A stretch of 64,000 nucleotides of DNA from Polyangiaceae bacterium (lineage in GTDB: Bacteria > Myxococcota_A > Polyangia > Polyangiales > Polyangiaceae). The DNA is taken from positions 384,001 to 448,000 of the forward strand of contig JBILLK010000002.1 in the NCBI GenBank assembly GCA_044376115.1, in the 5' to 3' direction. How positions within the stretch are numbered: position 1 is the stretch's first letter; the number at the start of each line of letters is the position of its first letter. Made by a program: the position numbers and the translations under genes. The notes under the pieces are model-generated. The model ran no database searches. It saw nothing but the letters and a program-made list of their open reading frames with translations, and had not been told where the DNA came from. Positions 9,721 to 17,880 of this stretch are shown here, in pieces.

Positions 9721-10665
9721 TACCGCCGCAGCCGTCGTTGCGTCAGCGCAACAACGCACGCCGGTGGAGTAATCGGCGTAGGAGAGCACGTGGGCCTCGA
9801 CCCCGGACTGACAGCCGTCCTTCTTACCGCGCGCGTAGAAGGCGCCGACGAAGGTTCCCTCCGGATCATCGATCCACTCATCGACGTTGCCGACCATGTC
9901 GTAGATCTTGTCGCCGTCCCAGTCGCTGGTGCAGGTCGGAGTAGCGCCGGTCTTGCGTAAGAGCGGCCCTTGTTTATCGGCGATCTTGTTGAAGCGCGGG
10001 TCGGTGTGATTGATGCTCGGGTTCTCCCACAGCAGGATCCCGGGATGGGTATCGCGCACCGTGTTGCACTTCCCCCGCTCGTATTTGTCGCCATAGGGGA
10101 AGTCGCGGTCTTGTTCACCGCGGCAGGCGAGCTTCCACTCGTCGCGGGTACATAGCCGCTTGCCAGCGTTGTTGCAGGCGATGGCAGCGTCTTTGCCGCT
10201 CGCGTAGGCCTGCGGCACGCGGTCTTTGCGGGAGATCGCCTTGGGTCGCATCGCGCGTTCGCGTTGGAACGCTGGCAGGGGAGGGAGGTCCATCGTCTTC
10301 TCCAGCTCGGTGCCCGTTCCCTTCAGGCCCTCCCACATCTTGTGCACGTACGCGGCCTTGGGGCCCTCCGGCGGGTAGTACGGAGAGAGCACCGCGCCCG
10401 TTCGTTCATCGACCAGGTAGGACTCGAAGCGATCGACGCACAGCCGTCCTTTGACCAACACCATGTCAGCGGAACAACGTGGCTTGGCCACGAGCACCGG
10501 CCGCGGCGCGGCGCTGCTCGGCTCCGGTGCGGAGCTCGGCAACGGCGGCGCAAAAGAAGGTGCCGGCGCTGGGCTCGGCTCCGCCGATTGGCTGCTCGAG
10601 GTCAGCGCGCTGCTTTCGCTTGAGGTACAACCAAGCAAAACCAGCGCAAGCGGCCAGCTACGCAT
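9673..10665 (-). CDS. FGE-sulfatase (SUMF1-like) domain lipoprotein
   Basis: Lipobox LLGC, Pro-rich linker, GKRLCTRDEW, DMVGNVDEW, TGVRCC; 3' end overlaps menE convergently by 48 bp. Confidence 0.8.
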   Translation of the reverse strand: MRSWPLALVLLGCTSSESSALTSSSQSAEPSPAPAPSFAPPLPSSAPEPSSAAPRPVLVAKPRCSADMVLVKGRLCVDRFESYLVDERTGAVLSPYYPPEGPKAAYVHKMWEGLKGTGTELEKTMDLPPLPAFQRERAMRPKAISRKDRVPQAYASGKDAAIACNNAGKRLCTRDEWKLACRGEQDRDFPYGDKYERGKCNTVRDTHPGILLWENPSINHTDPRFNKIADKQGPLLRKTGATPTCTSDWDGDKIYDMVGNVDEWIDDPEGTFVGAFYARGKKDGCQSGVEAHVLSYADYSTGVRCCADATTAAAVSSEEQLLDGKERGAQ

Positions 10666-11110
10666 CGCGCTGAAACGGCTTCAGGTAGCCCACGAGCTCC
10701 GGAGGGACCTCGGCCTTCTTGAAGGTCTTCCCGTCGACGAAGACGTGGGCGGTGGTACCGATCGCCATGGTGCGGCCGTCTTTGACGAGCCGGTGCCCGA
10801 CCGTCAGACTCGTCTTGCCCAAGCGGGTGCGCCGAATCTCAACCGCCACACGGTCTCCGAAGAACAGCGGGTGGAGAAAGGTCGCCTCGGCATGAGCGAG
10901 CGGCGCCGCGAGCGTGCGCTCTTTGAGCATGCGCGGTACATCGAGCCCAGCCTTCTCCAGCAACCCGTTGTAGTTGTCCGCAAAGTACTCAAGGATCCGC
11001 GGAAAGAAGATCGTGCCTGCGGCGTCGACTTCTTGGAACTTCACCGTTCGCTCTTGGATCGCGATCAGATCCTTGGACTCCGACAACTCTTGCAGCGTGA
11101 AAGAGCTCAT
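10658..11110 (-). CDS. Hotdog-fold acyl-CoA thioesterase (4HBT family), candidate DHNA-CoA thioesterase
   Basis: RTVKFQEVDAAGTIFF motif, PLFFGD, LGKTSL; adjacent to the men operon. Confidence 0.8.
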   Translation of the reverse strand: MSSFTLQELSESKDLIAIQERTVKFQEVDAAGTIFFPRILEYFADNYNGLLEKAGLDVPRMLKERTLAAPLAHAEATFLHPLFFGDRVAVEIRRTRLGKTSLTVGHRLVKDGRTMAIGTTAHVFVDGKTFKKAEVPPELVGYLKPFQRDA

Positions 11111-11223
11111 CGCTCGTCATCCTACAGCGCCGGCCGTCACGCAGGTGACGTGTTGATAGCGTCAATTCGATAACGACACCTGGCCTTGCGCGTTTTGACG
11201 GCCGAATTTGCGCTGGTTGCGCT

Positions 11224-11239
11224 TGGCCGAGCGATTGCA
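11224..11239 (+). promoter_or_regulatory. Putative sigma54 (-24/-12) promoter of the subtilase
   Basis: TGGCCGAGCGATTGCA has GG-N10-GC spacing; lies just upstream of AAGGAGG (11253-11259) and ATG 11265. Confidence 0.55.
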
Positions 11240-11264
11240 ACGTGGAGCGCGGAAGGAGGCTCTC

Positions 11265-13874
11265 ATGCGCTCTCTGGTTCCGCCGAAGGCGGATGCGGCA
11301 CACAGCATGACTCTGGGACGAGTCATTGCGGCCGTGTCCCTTGTGATCACCGTGGCCGCTGCTCCACTGGCTACTGCACAGCCACGGGTAGATACTCGTC
11401 TGCGTGCTGCGCTATCCGAAGGGGCTACGCGAGCGCGGCTTCGTTCCGCTCCTCCCCAGGCTCCCAACGCCGAGCGGCTCCCCGTGATTGTCGAGTTCGA
11501 GCCGAGTGTGCTCCACGGTGCGCGCGGAACCCTCAGCTTGGACCCACAGCTCGAACAGCGGCTCGCCGACAAAGGGCTCCAACTCCTCACCGGGCGCACT
11601 GGGCTGCTTGGGCGGCCAAGCGCAGTTCCAGCCGAGATCGAGGTTGCTTCGCTGCAGGCTGTGCTGGCCGAGCCAGCCGTGCGAGCCCTGCGACTCGATG
11701 GTTCGGCCGTGCGATTCCCGGCTCCGCTCGACAATACGCCGGTGATGGTCGGCGCAGATTTGCTGCGTGGCCGCGAGGGCGTCGACGGGCTTGGCATCAC
11801 TGGCAAAGGCATGGTCGTGTGCGACGTCGACTCGGGCGTGGACGTGTTTCACCCGCTGTTCTTTCAAGCGGACGGTGGCTACTTCGACTGGACCGACGAG
11901 AATCAGAACGGCGTGCTGGATACCGGCGGGGACTCGCTCCGCTATCAAGGAGAGACCGTCACGCTACGAGCACTCAACGGCGTCGTCTCCGGCTACGCCG
12001 ACGAGGTTCCAATGTTCGACACCCAGCTGTCGATGCTCGATCTTCGGTACGACTACTTCTACGCCGATCTGAACGGCGACATGCGGCGGAACTTCGGCCG
12101 AGGCGACGGCTTCGACGATCAATCGCCGTCACTCGGCGAGCCTCTGTTCGTCGCCGATGACGTCAACGACAACGGTCACGTCGACGTAGGAGAGAAGATC
12201 GCCCTCTTGAAGACCTCGAAGATCCGCGCGTTTCGCTACGGCGATGCCACCTTTCGGCGCGGCGAGAACCTGATCGACGCTCCTTGGAGCAATGAGATGC
12301 AACACGGCAACGGAGCCGCCGGGATCCTGCTTGGAGGGCAGGTCGGGCTCGGCAAGTTGGTCGGCATCGCGCCCAACGCCGAGCTGGTCATGGCAACGCA
12401 CCCGGACGCTGGGCACGAGTTCGCGCTCACCAGCTTCTGTCTCGATGAAGGTGCGAAGGTCGTTCTGCACGAGTACGCACCGTGGGTCACCCACGCGCTC
12501 GACGGCTCGAGCGACGTCGAGGCGCTGATTGACGAGTCGACGTTTACCGGGGTTTCGCACATCAACCCGGCGGGCAATCTGTCGGGGTCGCGCAAAGGCT
12601 ACAAGGCGCTCCTGCCGTCGCAGACGCAGTCGTCGATCGCGATCGACGTGCCGGCCCACGGCGCTACCACGATGGTCGCCAGCTTTCTTTGGCGCGATCC
12701 TGGGCGCGAACTCAGCTTCGAGTTGGTCAGCCCAGACGCCGCTCCACTGGCTCTCGCGCAGGACGGGAGCAGTGTGCGCTGGGGCGAACGGGTCGTGCAA
12801 TCGTTGCAAGAGACCTCGAATCGCGGCACGCGGCGCATGGACGTGTATGTTTGGGGGGACTCACAGCTCACACCTGGGCGTTGGCAGTTGAACGTGTCGG
12901 ACGAGTCCAGCGCAGCGGGCTCATTCACCCTCTTTGGCTTCGTCTACGACAACGTCAGTGGCTGGAACGAGGGCATCCACTTCCCCGAGGCCTCGAGTGA
13001 AGAGCACCTCATCGGTTGGCCTGCAACTGCCGATAACGGGCTCGCTGTCGCGGCGTTTCGAGGCAGCGCGTACGGCAACGAGGGGCTAAGCGTCGGAGAG
13101 CGCTCGTCGTACTCTGGGCGCGGACGTCGCCTCGACGACGAGCGGGTGCTTTGGCTAAGCGCTCCAGACAACCCGATCGTGCCCGGCCGTTTCGACGACA
13201 GGCCGCTCTCCTACATCATCTACGGCGGCACCTCGGGTGCGAGCCCGCACGTCGCCGGCGCGGCGGCGCTCATGTTTTCGCAAGACCCGACGTTGAGCGG
13301 CCTGGAGGTGAAACATCGCCTGGCCCAGACGGCTCGCGGCGACGTTCATACAGGCATCCTCCCCAACGAGGACTACGGTCACGGTAAGCTCGACGTGTTC
13401 AAGGCTTTGCAGGGCGTCTCCGCCCAACCCGGCACGGCTCCGCGGATCAAAGAGCTCGAATACGTGGCCGAGGTCGGTGGTCCGCAATCCATCACGGTGC
13501 TGATCGATGACGCCGAACACGAGCTCGCGTCGCTGCGGGTCGAAGCCGACACCGATTACGACGGGACGTTTGACACCACCTTGAGCGAGGGCGGCAAGCT
13601 AGTGATCTCGTTCGCCCAGCCGGAGTTGCGGGTGATCAAGGTGCGTGCCACCGACCCTTCCGGTCGGCAGGGCAGCGGGCTGATCCGCATACACGCCGAA
13701 AGCCTCGACGATCACGAGCGGGGCCCGTTCAATGTGGAGCCCTCCGGGGGTGAAGGTTGCTCATTGGCGCAAGGTCGGGAGGGCAGGGGGCAAAGCCTCG
13801 CCTGGTTCGTTGGCCTCGCGCTGCTCTTGTGCCGTCGTCAGCGAGGGTCTGACCAGGCGCCGCGAATCAGCTGA
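11265..13874 (+). CDS. S8 subtilisin-like serine peptidase with MYXO-CTERM-like sorting tail
   Basis: Triad DVDSG / HGNGAAG / GTSGASP; signal peptide; DxNxNG-type Ca loops; C-terminal GCS...hydrophobic helix...RR; strong Shine-Dalgarno. Confidence 0.88.
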   Translation: MRSLVPPKADAAHSMTLGRVIAAVSLVITVAAAPLATAQPRVDTRLRAALSEGATRARLRSAPPQAPNAERLPVIVEFEPSVLHGARGTLSLDPQLEQRLADKGLQLLTGRTGLLGRPSAVPAEIEVASLQAVLAEPAVRALRLDGSAVRFPAPLDNTPVMVGADLLRGREGVDGLGITGKGMVVCDVDSGVDVFHPLFFQADGGYFDWTDENQNGVLDTGGDSLRYQGETVTLRALNGVVSGYADEVPMFDTQLSMLDLRYDYFYADLNGDMRRNFGRGDGFDDQSPSLGEPLFVADDVNDNGHVDVGEKIALLKTSKIRAFRYGDATFRRGENLIDAPWSNEMQHGNGAAGILLGGQVGLGKLVGIAPNAELVMATHPDAGHEFALTSFCLDEGAKVVLHEYAPWVTHALDGSSDVEALIDESTFTGVSHINPAGNLSGSRKGYKALLPSQTQSSIAIDVPAHGATTMVASFLWRDPGRELSFELVSPDAAPLALAQDGSSVRWGERVVQSLQETSNRGTRRMDVYVWGDSQLTPGRWQLNVSDESSAAGSFTLFGFVYDNVSGWNEGIHFPEASSEEHLIGWPATADNGLAVAAFRGSAYGNEGLSVGERSSYSGRGRRLDDERVLWLSAPDNPIVPGRFDDRPLSYIIYGGTSGASPHVAGAAALMFSQDPTLSGLEVKHRLAQTARGDVHTGILPNEDYGHGKLDVFKALQGVSAQPGTAPRIKELEYVAEVGGPQSITVLIDDAEHELASLRVEADTDYDGTFDTTLSEGGKLVISFAQPELRVIKVRATDPSGRQGSGLIRIHAESLDDHERGPFNVEPSGGEGCSLAQGREGRGQSLAWFVGLALLLCRRQRGSDQAPRIS
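11277..11327. repeat. REP/REPIN-like element, short copy within the subtilase 5' coding region
   Basis: GTTCCGCCGAAGGCGGATGCGGCACACAGCATGACTC-TGGGAC-GAGTCATT. Confidence 0.8.
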
Positions 13875-14665
13875 CGGTGAGGAGGCAAGAGGAAATCCCG
13901 CAGCCGCGTTCCAGCGCCGATCACCAGCAAGAAGTAGATCAGGCCGAGCAGCCCCCCGAGCTTGCTTTGCCAGCTCTCAAAGACCGGCGTTGAGAGGGCA
14001 AGCACCGTACAACCGCCTGCGACCACGAGGAGCACCGGCACGAACAAAAGCCAAACGATGGCCGTCCTTTGGCGAACGAGCGTGCGGGGATCAGCAACCG
14101 AAACGATTGTTGGGGCGCCCGTATCGACGAGGGCATATTGCTTGGTCGGGCCGTCACTGACCCTTACGGTTCCAACGACGAAGACCGGCCCTGACACCTC
14201 CAGCTCGACCGGACGCAGGTAGCCCTTGGGCTTGCGAGCTTGGAGCACCGCCTCTTCGAATTCACTGCTATTGGGGCAGGCGACCGCCTCGCGGAGCCGC
14301 GTCGAGTCCGGCCAAACCGCAGCGTTGTTGGTGCTGGGGCATTGTACGAGAACGCCGTCACTCGAAAGCGTCCCCGCCTGGAGCCGGCTGATCGCACCTT
14401 TGTGATGCCACACCACTGCACGGCGAACCCCTGCAGCCAGCCGGCCCAGCTGCTCGAGCACGTGGAACGCAACTCCTTGCGGGGCCTCGGCTCGAAACAG
14501 CACGAGGTGATCTCCCGGCGGTAACGAACCAAGCTTCACCTCGCTAACGCCGCGGACGTGTGCGGCCAACTCGCCGAGGTTACGCACAGCCGCCAACAGC
14601 ACGAGCAAGGTGTTGCCCCAAAGCACGAACAGGGCGAGTACGCCCATCAACTCGAGGGTGAGCAC
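13838..14665 (-). CDS. Hypothetical membrane protein
   Basis: 275-aa ORF with one N-terminal and two C-terminal hydrophobic segments; starts 3 bp after the desaturase stop. Confidence 0.65.
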   Translation of the reverse strand: MLTLELMGVLALFVLWGNTLLVLLAAVRNLGELAAHVRGVSEVKLGSLPPGDHLVLFRAEAPQGVAFHVLEQLGRLAAGVRRAVVWHHKGAISRLQAGTLSSDGVLVQCPSTNNAAVWPDSTRLREAVACPNSSEFEEAVLQARKPKGYLRPVELEVSGPVFVVGTVRVSDGPTKQYALVDTGAPTIVSVADPRTLVRQRTAIVWLLFVPVLLVVAGGCTVLALSTPVFESWQSKLGGLLGLIYFLLVIGAGTRLRDFLLPPHRQLIRGAWSDPR

Positions 14666-14667
14666 GG

Positions 14668-15633
14668 CTACAGACCAGCCGCGCGCGAGGCCTCACGCAG
14701 CCGGTCGGAGCGTGACGCGAGCACCGGCGCCAAGTCCTTTTCACTGGCCCCAACGTCTTTACTGAACGGGCGCTTCAGCCCGAACAAGTACGTCCTCACC
14801 AGGTAGAGCACCATGCTCGGCTCGTCCAACGAAGGGTCGATGCGCGGGACCACCTCACGCCGATGCCACTCGTCCAGCACCGACCAGTGAAGGCCCGCCC
14901 GGTTGTGGTGGATGGTGTGGTAGCCGTTGTTGCACATGATCCAGTTGAAGGCCCGGCCGACGAAGTTACGTGAATGATTCCATTCGCTTCGGACGTCACA
15001 GCGATCGTGTTGGATGATGTTGATGCGAAGGATGCTTCTTGCGCCGTAAAGCTGCGGAAGAACAATAAAAAACAGCGCAACCCAAAAATCCGCCAGCAGT
15101 AGCAGCCCGGTCAGCCCAAAGGCGAAGGCGTTGTCGTAGAGGTACTGCCGCTTGACGTCTTCGCGACCTTTCACCGCCGTCCAACGCTGCACTCCGTCAA
15201 ACGTGTTGGGCCCCGACACGTTCGGGAAGTGCAGGAGGTTGAGCAGGTTCCAGCGGAAGTCCACGTTCTCCGGCGCAGCCCAATCCGGTTGGCCGTCATC
15301 GTCGAAGTGATGGTGAACCAGGTTGTGGGCCGGGATGTTGACGGTGGCCGGGTACAACGCACCAAAGGAGAGTACGCGGCGAAAGGCGAGGTTCAGCGCG
15401 CGCGAGTTGAACACGCCCTGATGCATGTGGTTGTGGATCACCACCGAGTTGAGGAAGCTGAAGTAGCAGGCCGCAAAGAAGAACAGGACGTTGCGACAAG
15501 CGGGGACGAAGTACATCGAGAACAAAAGGGCCCAATAGACCGCCACGATCCCGAGTTGCCGCCACTCGGCGGGGTGCTTGACGAGAAAGCTGCGCGGGCC
15601 GGTCTCAGCCTGTTCGGCGTTGGCCGAAACCAC
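14668..15633 (-). CDS. Membrane fatty acid desaturase family protein (start uncertain)
   Basis: His boxes HNHMH, HNLVHH, QHD, NNGYHTIHH; TM segments. Confidence 0.85.
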   Translation of the reverse strand: MVSANAEQAETGPRSFLVKHPAEWRQLGIVAVYWALLFSMYFVPACRNVLFFFAACYFSFLNSVVIHNHMHQGVFNSRALNLAFRRVLSFGALYPATVNIPAHNLVHHHFDDDGQPDWAAPENVDFRWNLLNLLHFPNVSGPNTFDGVQRWTAVKGREDVKRQYLYDNAFAFGLTGLLLLADFWVALFFIVLPQLYGARSILRINIIQHDRCDVRSEWNHSRNFVGRAFNWIMCNNGYHTIHHNRAGLHWSVLDEWHRREVVPRIDPSLDEPSMVLYLVRTYLFGLKRPFSKDVGASEKDLAPVLASRSDRLREASRAAGL

Positions 15634-15843
15634 GCTGAACGAGCCCGACGGGCGAGTTCCACTGTTCGCTGAGACGCGGGCTGATTGCGTAAGAGAAGCG
15701 TTGGCCACACAGCACCTTTGGCAGCGCTCATAGTCCCAGCGTGCTGCTGAATCAACGTTGCCCCAACGGAAGGCTGCGCACCGAAGCACGCTTTCGACGC
15801 CGGAGAGGCAGGCCTCCATCGCATCGGAATGAGCCCGCTCGCT

Positions 15844-15861
15844 AGACGTGGGGCCACGTCT
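15844..15861. promoter_or_regulatory. Perfect 8-2-8 palindrome between the divergent desaturases (candidate operator)
   Basis: AGACGTGG-GG-CCACGTCT, 30 bp upstream of the + strand desaturase start. Confidence 0.45.
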
Positions 15862-15890
15862 GGGATAACAGCGCGCGGGAGGAACCCACC

Positions 15891-16796
15891 GTGAGCACCG
15901 CTAATATTTCCACGCTCAGGACGCTGCCCTTCGCCCAGCTCCGCCAAAATCGGTACTTCTACATGTACTACGACGCCTTTTACGCGGTGTCCGCGCTAAT
16001 GGCGATCGGCGCGATGGTGGCGCTTGGTCATCGAGGTCTTTACGGGGAGGGTGCTCCGCTCGGGGCATTCAAGCTCTGGCACCTGGCGTTTTTCCCGCTC
16101 GTTACCTACGGCATCATTCTCTGCCATGTATTCGCGCACGTGTGCACCCACCAGAGCCTGCCGCGCCCGTTCAACCGCATCGTCGGTGAGCTTTGCGGGC
16201 TGGTGGTGCTAACCCGCTTCGCAAGCTGGGAGGTCGTGCATCAGCGGCATCATCGCTATTCGGATGACCCCACCAATGATCCGCACCCGTGCCTGCCCAG
16301 CTACTGGAAGCACCTCTGGTTCACGCTGACCCAGGTCGAGCGTCAGCTGCAGCAGACCTACTTCGACATTTACGGGGATTCACCCGAGACGCGCGCCTAC
16401 GAGAAGAAGCGCGCCTACGTCAGCTACGCGACCAATATCTTGGTGATCGCTAGCTTTTTCATGTTTCTCGGGCCGGTCGCGTTCTTCTGCTTCTTCGTCC
16501 CCGCCTCGATGCTCGCCGGCATGCACCTGATTCACTTCAATTGGTCCACCCACAACGCGTACTCGCCCACGGCCGACTACAAGCCGGTGAACCTCAACCA
16601 CGGCCTCTTCAAGCTGGGAAACAAGCTGTTCTTCGGCATCTACATGCACGCCAACCACCACAAGTGGCCCAACGTGTTGAACCCCGGCACGGTCAAGCGC
16701 GCGCTGCCGATCACGCCTGGCCCCACGGCCGATGACGTCCGCCGGGTGCGTGAGCTGCGCAAGACCGGCCTCCCGCCGAAGGACCTGGCCGCTTAA
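15891..16796 (+). CDS. Membrane fatty acid desaturase family protein
   Basis: His boxes HVCTH, HQRHH, HANHH; GGAGG Shine-Dalgarno before GTG. Confidence 0.87.
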   Translation: MSTANISTLRTLPFAQLRQNRYFYMYYDAFYAVSALMAIGAMVALGHRGLYGEGAPLGAFKLWHLAFFPLVTYGIILCHVFAHVCTHQSLPRPFNRIVGELCGLVVLTRFASWEVVHQRHHRYSDDPTNDPHPCLPSYWKHLWFTLTQVERQLQQTYFDIYGDSPETRAYEKKRAYVSYATNILVIASFFMFLGPVAFFCFFVPASMLAGMHLIHFNWSTHNAYSPTADYKPVNLNHGLFKLGNKLFFGIYMHANHHKWPNVLNPGTVKRALPITPGPTADDVRRVRELRKTGLPPKDLAA

Positions 16797-16833
16797 CCAA
16801 TCCGCCTGAAAAGGCGAGTCGAGTGCCGCGGGC

Positions 16834-17334
16834 TCAACCGCCCGTTGCGCACTCGACGTTCGGCGGAAGGACCATCGGCACTTCGTGTGAAGTAACGTCC
16901 CCCTCCTTCAACTGGTGCTTGCCGGTCTCGTAGACGGTTGCCTCCCCGCAGTCGTAGGCCACCCCATCGTTGGACGCTTTTCGGTCGCGCGGGTCACTGA
17001 GAGTGGGAGCGCGAAGGTTCGGACACTGACTCCACTCGGCCGTGATTTCACGGTCGACGTCAGGGAGCAGGAAGCGAGTTGGGTGGGGCGAAGACTTCGG
17101 CACGCCGTAGAGCATGACCGTCGCGAGCAGCGTGTCTCCATCCTTCAGCTTCAGTTGGACGGGATACTTCAAGCCGCCCTTCAGGGCTGTACCTGCGAGC
17201 GTAACGTCCGCGCAAACCGGCTCATCCTTCACCAAGGACGGCAAACTGGGGCCTTTGCAGGCCAAAGCCAAAGGCAACAAGGGCAAAGCCAGCACGAGCA
17301 ACCGGCGCAGGGGGGCAAGCGAGGGGGTCTTCAC
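16834..17334 (-). CDS. Hypothetical lipoprotein
   Basis: Lipobox LALAC; GTG start overlaps the EVE gene stop. Confidence 0.7.
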   Translation of the reverse strand: MKTPSLAPLRRLLVLALPLLPLALACKGPSLPSLVKDEPVCADVTLAGTALKGGLKYPVQLKLKDGDTLLATVMLYGVPKSSPHPTRFLLPDVDREITAEWSQCPNLRAPTLSDPRDRKASNDGVAYDCGEATVYETGKHQLKEGDVTSHEVPMVLPPNVECATGG

Positions 17335-17768
17335 GCCTTGGTCTTTCCTAGTTTCAAGATCAGGTCGAAGTGGCTCTTTTCAACGGGGACAACCGATAGC
17401 CGCGAGCGTTTGAGCAGCTGCATCTCCGACAAATCAGGCTCGCTTTTGATCAGATCGAGTGCGACGGCGAGCTTGAGCGGCTTGTGAGGAGCCACGTCGA
17501 CCACCGACCAATCCTCACCGGGAGCGGTAGGGTCGGGGTAGGCCGCACGGACCACTCGGGCGATGCCGACCACGTCTTTCCCTTCATTCGAGTGGTAGAA
17601 AAGGCAAAGATCGCCCTCTCTCATCGCTCGGAGGTTGTTTCTCGCCTCAAAGTTTCGGACGCCATCCCAGAGGGTCCGTCCGTCCTTCTCGAGCTGGGCC
17701 CAGGAGTACTTGAACGGTTCGCTCTTGATGAGCCAGTGCTGCACAGGAGCCTTCGGCACGGGCAACAC
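17331..17768 (-). CDS. EVE domain protein (start approximate)
   Basis: WLIKSEP, WDGVRNFEARNNLR, FYHS, SRLSVVPV. Confidence 0.92.
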   Translation of the reverse strand: MLPVPKAPVQHWLIKSEPFKYSWAQLEKDGRTLWDGVRNFEARNNLRAMREGDLCLFYHSNEGKDVVGIARVVRAAYPDPTAPGEDWSVVDVAPHKPLKLAVALDLIKSEPDLSEMQLLKRSRLSVVPVEKSHFDLILKLGKTKA

Positions 17769-17772
17769 CCTA

Positions 17773-17848
17773 TTCCGCCAGAGGCGGATGCAGCAACAAG
17801 AATGACTCAATCAAAGTTATGTCGCCGGTGCTGTCACACTTGGCGGAG
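17773..17848. repeat. REP/REPIN-like element, short copy between EVE and ECF sigma genes
   Basis: TTCCGCCAGAGGCGGATGCAGCAACAAGAATGACTC followed by a degenerate inverted arm (AAGTTAT..TGCTG..TTGGCGGA). Confidence 0.8.
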
Positions 17849-17880
17849 GTCCGCCGATGTGATGGAGAGTGCAAGCCTTC

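Noticed and set aside
16799..16818. ATCCGCCTGAAAAGGCG hairpin as a further repeat copy
   Set aside because: Only the short stem matches; the TGCAGCA and ATGACTC parts are absent, so a simple terminator between convergent genes is equally likely.
17769..17810. Cys-rich N-terminal extension (MSHSCCCIRLWR) of the EVE protein
   Set aside because: It is the reverse reading of the repeat arm; EVE homology begins at HWLIKSEP.
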